From NCBI GenBank assembly GCA_014727915.1, contig WJMO01000010.1:1-48168 (forward strand): a stretch of 48,168 nt of DNA, read 5' to 3'. This DNA is from Candidatus Altiarchaeales archaeon. Its GTDB lineage: Archaea; Altiarchaeota; Altiarchaeia; IMC4; SCGC-AAA252-I15. The notes beneath the pieces were generated by a model. It did no database searches, was not told where the DNA came from, and saw only the letters and a program-made list of their open reading frames with translations. Both the position numbers and the translations under genes were made by a program. Shown here in pieces: positions 45,480 through 48,168 of the stretch (its first letter is position 1; each line of letters starts with the position of its first letter).

Positions 45480-45980
45480 CTATTTTTTTAGGTTCCTGAA
45501 TGATATCTCAGACGTTCTTTTGGGTTTTTTCGCCGCCACTTTACCGGCAGGATAGCCGGCTGGTACGAGGGATATTAGCGTGTATTCTCCCGGGACCTGC
45601 AGGAGGCTGCGAACGTCTTCTGCATATGCTTTCTTGTCGCCGGCCACCCAACATGTGCCGATGTTATGGGCCTCGCAGGCGTATATGATGTTCATCGTTG
45701 CCGCGCAACCGTCCTCAAGGCGGTATTTCTCGTCTGCAAGGCAGAAGACCGCGAAGCAGACGGCACAGTCGGCTATGAAGCCGCCATGGTCCGAGATCGC
45801 GCCCAGCTCCGACAGAAGTTCCCGGTCCGTGACGGCCCCTATTAGCCATGGCTGGACATTCCGAGCTGTGGGTGCGAGAGACGCGCATTCTAGCACCTCT
45901 TCTATTATTTCCTCGGACACGGGTATGTCCTTGTATTCTCTAACGCTCCTGCGGTTCCTTATGAGGTCGATTGAGGCCAT
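45480..45980 (-). CDS. Nitroreductase family protein
   Basis: RRSVREY, APTARNVQPW, GTCWV, GYP. Confidence 0.92.
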   Translation of the reverse strand: MASIDLIRNRRSVREYKDIPVSEEIIEEVLECASLAPTARNVQPWLIGAVTDRELLSELGAISDHGGFIADCAVCFAVFCLADEKYRLEDGCAATMNIIYACEAHNIGTCWVAGDKKAYAEDVRSLLQVPGEYTLISLVPAGYPAGKVAAKKPKRTSEISFRNLKK

Positions 45981-46137
45981 GATAGGAATTGATTTTACGG
46001 GTAAAAATCAGGGGCATGTACTCCTGGGGGTCGGGGTGCTGAGACTGGCCGGCCCCACAGGAGAAGCCCAAGTGACTAAGCACTTAAAGGATTCGAGCCT
46101 GCTAATAAAGAGGCTACCCTAGAGCGGTGGAAAAGTG

Positions 46138-47337
46138 TTATCCTAGAATTATTGGTTTCGTCTGAACGGCCCTGTCCCCGAAGTCCCCGCCAAGGAAAAC
46201 CAGGTCGCCATTGCCCAGCTCGGTGTAATCCGCCAAGTCAAGGTTATCATCAGACCAGAGGGTCTCGCCGGTTTCGGGGTTGACCTCCGACAGTCTATGG
46301 TTCCTCCAGACCAGCATGTCACCATTGGAGAGTGGCAGGACCTTCCCCGCGTATTCCTCAACCTCGTCGAATGTTATCAAGGGCTTGAAGTGGTTTGTCC
46401 TCTCATCCATGTAAAACAGCTTCTTTGACCCGAGGTATCCTATCTGCTCGCCCGTTGAGTATATGTCAAGGACCTCCCCGGCTCTGACATCGGTAACCGC
46501 CTCTTTTGATTTTCTGTCGACAAGCATGACCTTGTCTGCGTCTTCGTCAACGCACTTGACAAACCAGTTGCGGCCATAGTATAGGCCAAGGTGGGGGACA
46601 CAACCAAGGTCGGATTCAAGTATCTCATCAACAATGTTCCATTCTCCATCGAGCTCGAATATCCCATAACGCTTGGTTTCGTCGTAGTAGCCTGCGAGTA
46701 TGTTCCCGTTTTCCAGGCAGACAATGCTGGAGTGGGGGAATCGCACGCTGAGCTCGGAGAGGAGCCCGCCGGATGAGGGATCGTATTTTGTTATCTTGTC
46801 CTTTGAGAGGACATACCATATTCCATTGGACTCGCACATCGCCAGGGCAGACTCTGACACGCCCACAACTTTTTTACAGTCGGAGGGGCAAGAGGCCGGG
46901 GTTTCCCCGCGGTCGCATGCCCCGTCACCGCAGAATGTGCCGCCATCCCTGCAGATGCTATGCACGCAGTAGCCGCTACTGCAATCATCATCTGCCGTGC
47001 ATGACTCGTATTCCTCCTCTCCGCATGGCCCACAGTCGCTTTGGCAGCTTTTGCACGACTCATAATCCTGGCATGAACCATCACCGCAGTACTCTACCGG
47101 GGGGTTTGGAGGAGGATTGCCAACTACGATGTCCTCGTCGCTGTCGCATATACCGTTGTTGTTGATGTCCAGACAACATGCTAGGCCAACCTGCAGGTAG
47201 GGTTTGCTGCAGACGAACTCCTCACGGGACCCGCCGAAAAAGGACATCAGATAGTCGAAGAGGCCAGACAGCGAAAAGGCCGAGACGTTTGCTGAGAGGA
47301 AGAGGAAAACCATGAACAGCACCGGAAGACATCTCAT
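46138..47337 (-). CDS. Secreted Cys-rich repeat protein with probable beta-propeller C-terminus
   Basis: Start ATG 47337 (MRCLPVLF signal peptide); CSKPYLQVGLACCLDINNNGICD, two CGDG.C...E....C..DC repeats. Confidence 0.78.
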   Translation of the reverse strand: MRCLPVLFMVFLFLSANVSAFSLSGLFDYLMSFFGGSREEFVCSKPYLQVGLACCLDINNNGICDSDEDIVVGNPPPNPPVEYCGDGSCQDYESCKSCQSDCGPCGEEEYESCTADDDCSSGYCVHSICRDGGTFCGDGACDRGETPASCPSDCKKVVGVSESALAMCESNGIWYVLSKDKITKYDPSSGGLLSELSVRFPHSSIVCLENGNILAGYYDETKRYGIFELDGEWNIVDEILESDLGCVPHLGLYYGRNWFVKCVDEDADKVMLVDRKSKEAVTDVRAGEVLDIYSTGEQIGYLGSKKLFYMDERTNHFKPLITFDEVEEYAGKVLPLSNGDMLVWRNHRLSEVNPETGETLWSDDNLDLADYTELGNGDLVFLGGDFGDRAVQTKPIILG

Positions 47338-47375
47338 GGAATGAATTAGGCAGGGGGGACTAATAAGGGTGTTGA

Positions 47376-47525
47376 TCAGAGGTCGAATCTTTTTCTGAGC
47401 TCTTGCATCTGCTCTTCTGTCATGCCTGTTTCCATCATCTGCCTTCTGTCGTCGGGGTCTTCCCAAAGCCTTAGTATGGCCTTGGCCGACATGCGGTCCA
47501 ATCCCTTGAGTTCAATCTCTGACAT
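47376..47525 (-). CDS. 49-aa small protein, not in ORF track
   Basis: ATG 1 nt after the AAA ATPase stop: MSEIELKGLDRMSAKAILRLWEDPDDRRQMMETGMTEEQMQELRKRFDL*. Confidence 0.7.
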   Translation of the reverse strand: MSEIELKGLDRMSAKAILRLWEDPDDRRQMMETGMTEEQMQELRKRFDL

Positions 47526-47526
47526 T

Positions 47527-48168
47527 TTACTTTTTTAGCTTTGCCTCGAGGCTTATCATCTGCTTCTGGTATTCCACGAGGAGGCTATTGTAGACTTCCT
47601 CCGGTATCTCTCCGGTTGCTTTCTTCTGGGTCAGAACATCGATCTCCCTCTTCACATATTCCAGCTGTTTCCGTATCTCGGCGTTCTCCGGGTCGGCGGC
47701 TTCTTTCCGCTGGCTGACAAGCTTCCACAGCCCATCATATATCTCCTGCTCGTCGCTGCCTGCCAGCTGCTTCTCAGCCTGCTTGATCCAGGCGTCGATG
47801 GAGGGCCTGCTCTCGGCTATGACCTCCTTGAAGTCCTCCAATGATATGTCGCGTTTCTCTCCGGTCTGCATGCTCTCCTTCCACGGTATCTTCGCGGCCT
47901 CGTCGCAGATGAGCTTTATGTCGGCCGAGCTGAAGCCGTCGGTGAGCTTAGCCAGTTCGTCGAGGGCGACGTCGGAGCCGACTGGAAGGTTCCTTGTGTG
48001 TATGCCAAATATCTGACGCCTGCCCTCCTCGTCTGGCGGGGGTACGAACACCTGGTCGCTGAACCGCCCCGCCCTCCTGAGAGCAGGGTCGATGTCCCAG
48101 GGAGCATTCGTCGCAGCAAGCACAACAACGCCTTCACGCCGCTCGAAACCATCCATCTCCGTCAGGAA
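47527..48168 (-). CDS. C-terminal part of an AAA ATPase (CDC48/Vps4-like) with C-terminal coiled coil; partial
   Basis: EMDG, VLAATNAPWDIDPALRRAGRF, TDGFSSADI; frame continues to the window edge. Confidence 0.9.
   Translation of the reverse strand, partial: FLTEMDGFERREGVVVLAATNAPWDIDPALRRAGRFSDQVFVPPPDEEGRRQIFGIHTRNLPVGSDVALDELAKLTDGFSSADIKLICDEAAKIPWKESMQTGEKRDISLEDFKEVIAESRPSIDAWIKQAEKQLAGSDEQEIYDGLWKLVSQRKEAADPENAEIRKQLEYVKREIDVLTQKKATGEIPEEVYNSLLVEYQKQMISLEAKLKK

Noticed and set aside
46031-46046. TCGGGGTGCTGAGA resembling the start of a TPP riboswitch
   Set aside because: The downstream conserved CCUGAU and GCGUAGG elements are absent and no thiamine gene follows.
46088-46102. T-arm-like AGGCTCGAATCCT on the minus strand
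   Set aside because: No cloverleaf with D arm, anticodon arm and acceptor stem can be built around it.
47338-47466. N-terminal extension of the Cys-rich protein
   Set aside because: The signal peptide starts at 47337 and this stretch is better explained by the 49-aa ORF in another frame.

Overview
GC-rich archaeal chromosomal window. Form III RuBisCO, aIF6, Hef, HerA, NadM, RibL and archaeal tRNA-modification enzymes identify the domain; Thr-rich and Cys-rich surface proteins suggest an Altiarchaeota/DPANN-adjacent lineage (inference only). Most of it is densely packed housekeeping: hisA/hisB, purD/purM, pyrH, argC, ilvE, chorismate mutase/pheA, an ECF transporter and a glycolipid cluster. 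No tRNA, rRNA, transposase, cas gene or true CRISPR array was seen. The most interesting signals are: (1) a radical-SAM RaSEA-like domain fused to the ArcS catalytic domain carrying the PC-x3-KPY-x2-S-x2-H motif, i.e. a candidate one-polypeptide archaeosine synthase; (2) an AT-rich island at 19.68-20.05 kb hiding two unannotated CxxC...CxxC zinc-ribbon micro-ORFs linked by an A9 slippery tract, with mirror-image A/C versus G/T strand skew on its flanks; (3) a putative cobalamin ECF plus DUF4430 system with a perfect 19-bp operator palindrome; (4) an AA-Y-W-R-TT motif recurring at about 21-bp phasing in five intergenic regions, including convergent ones; (5) orphan paralog pairs (HEAT-repeat pair; wHTH-coiled-coil pair with DUF835) and an orphan kinase-like protein; (6) an unannotated 49-aa ORF behind an AAA ATPase. 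All family assignments are from motif recognition by eye; no database search was run.
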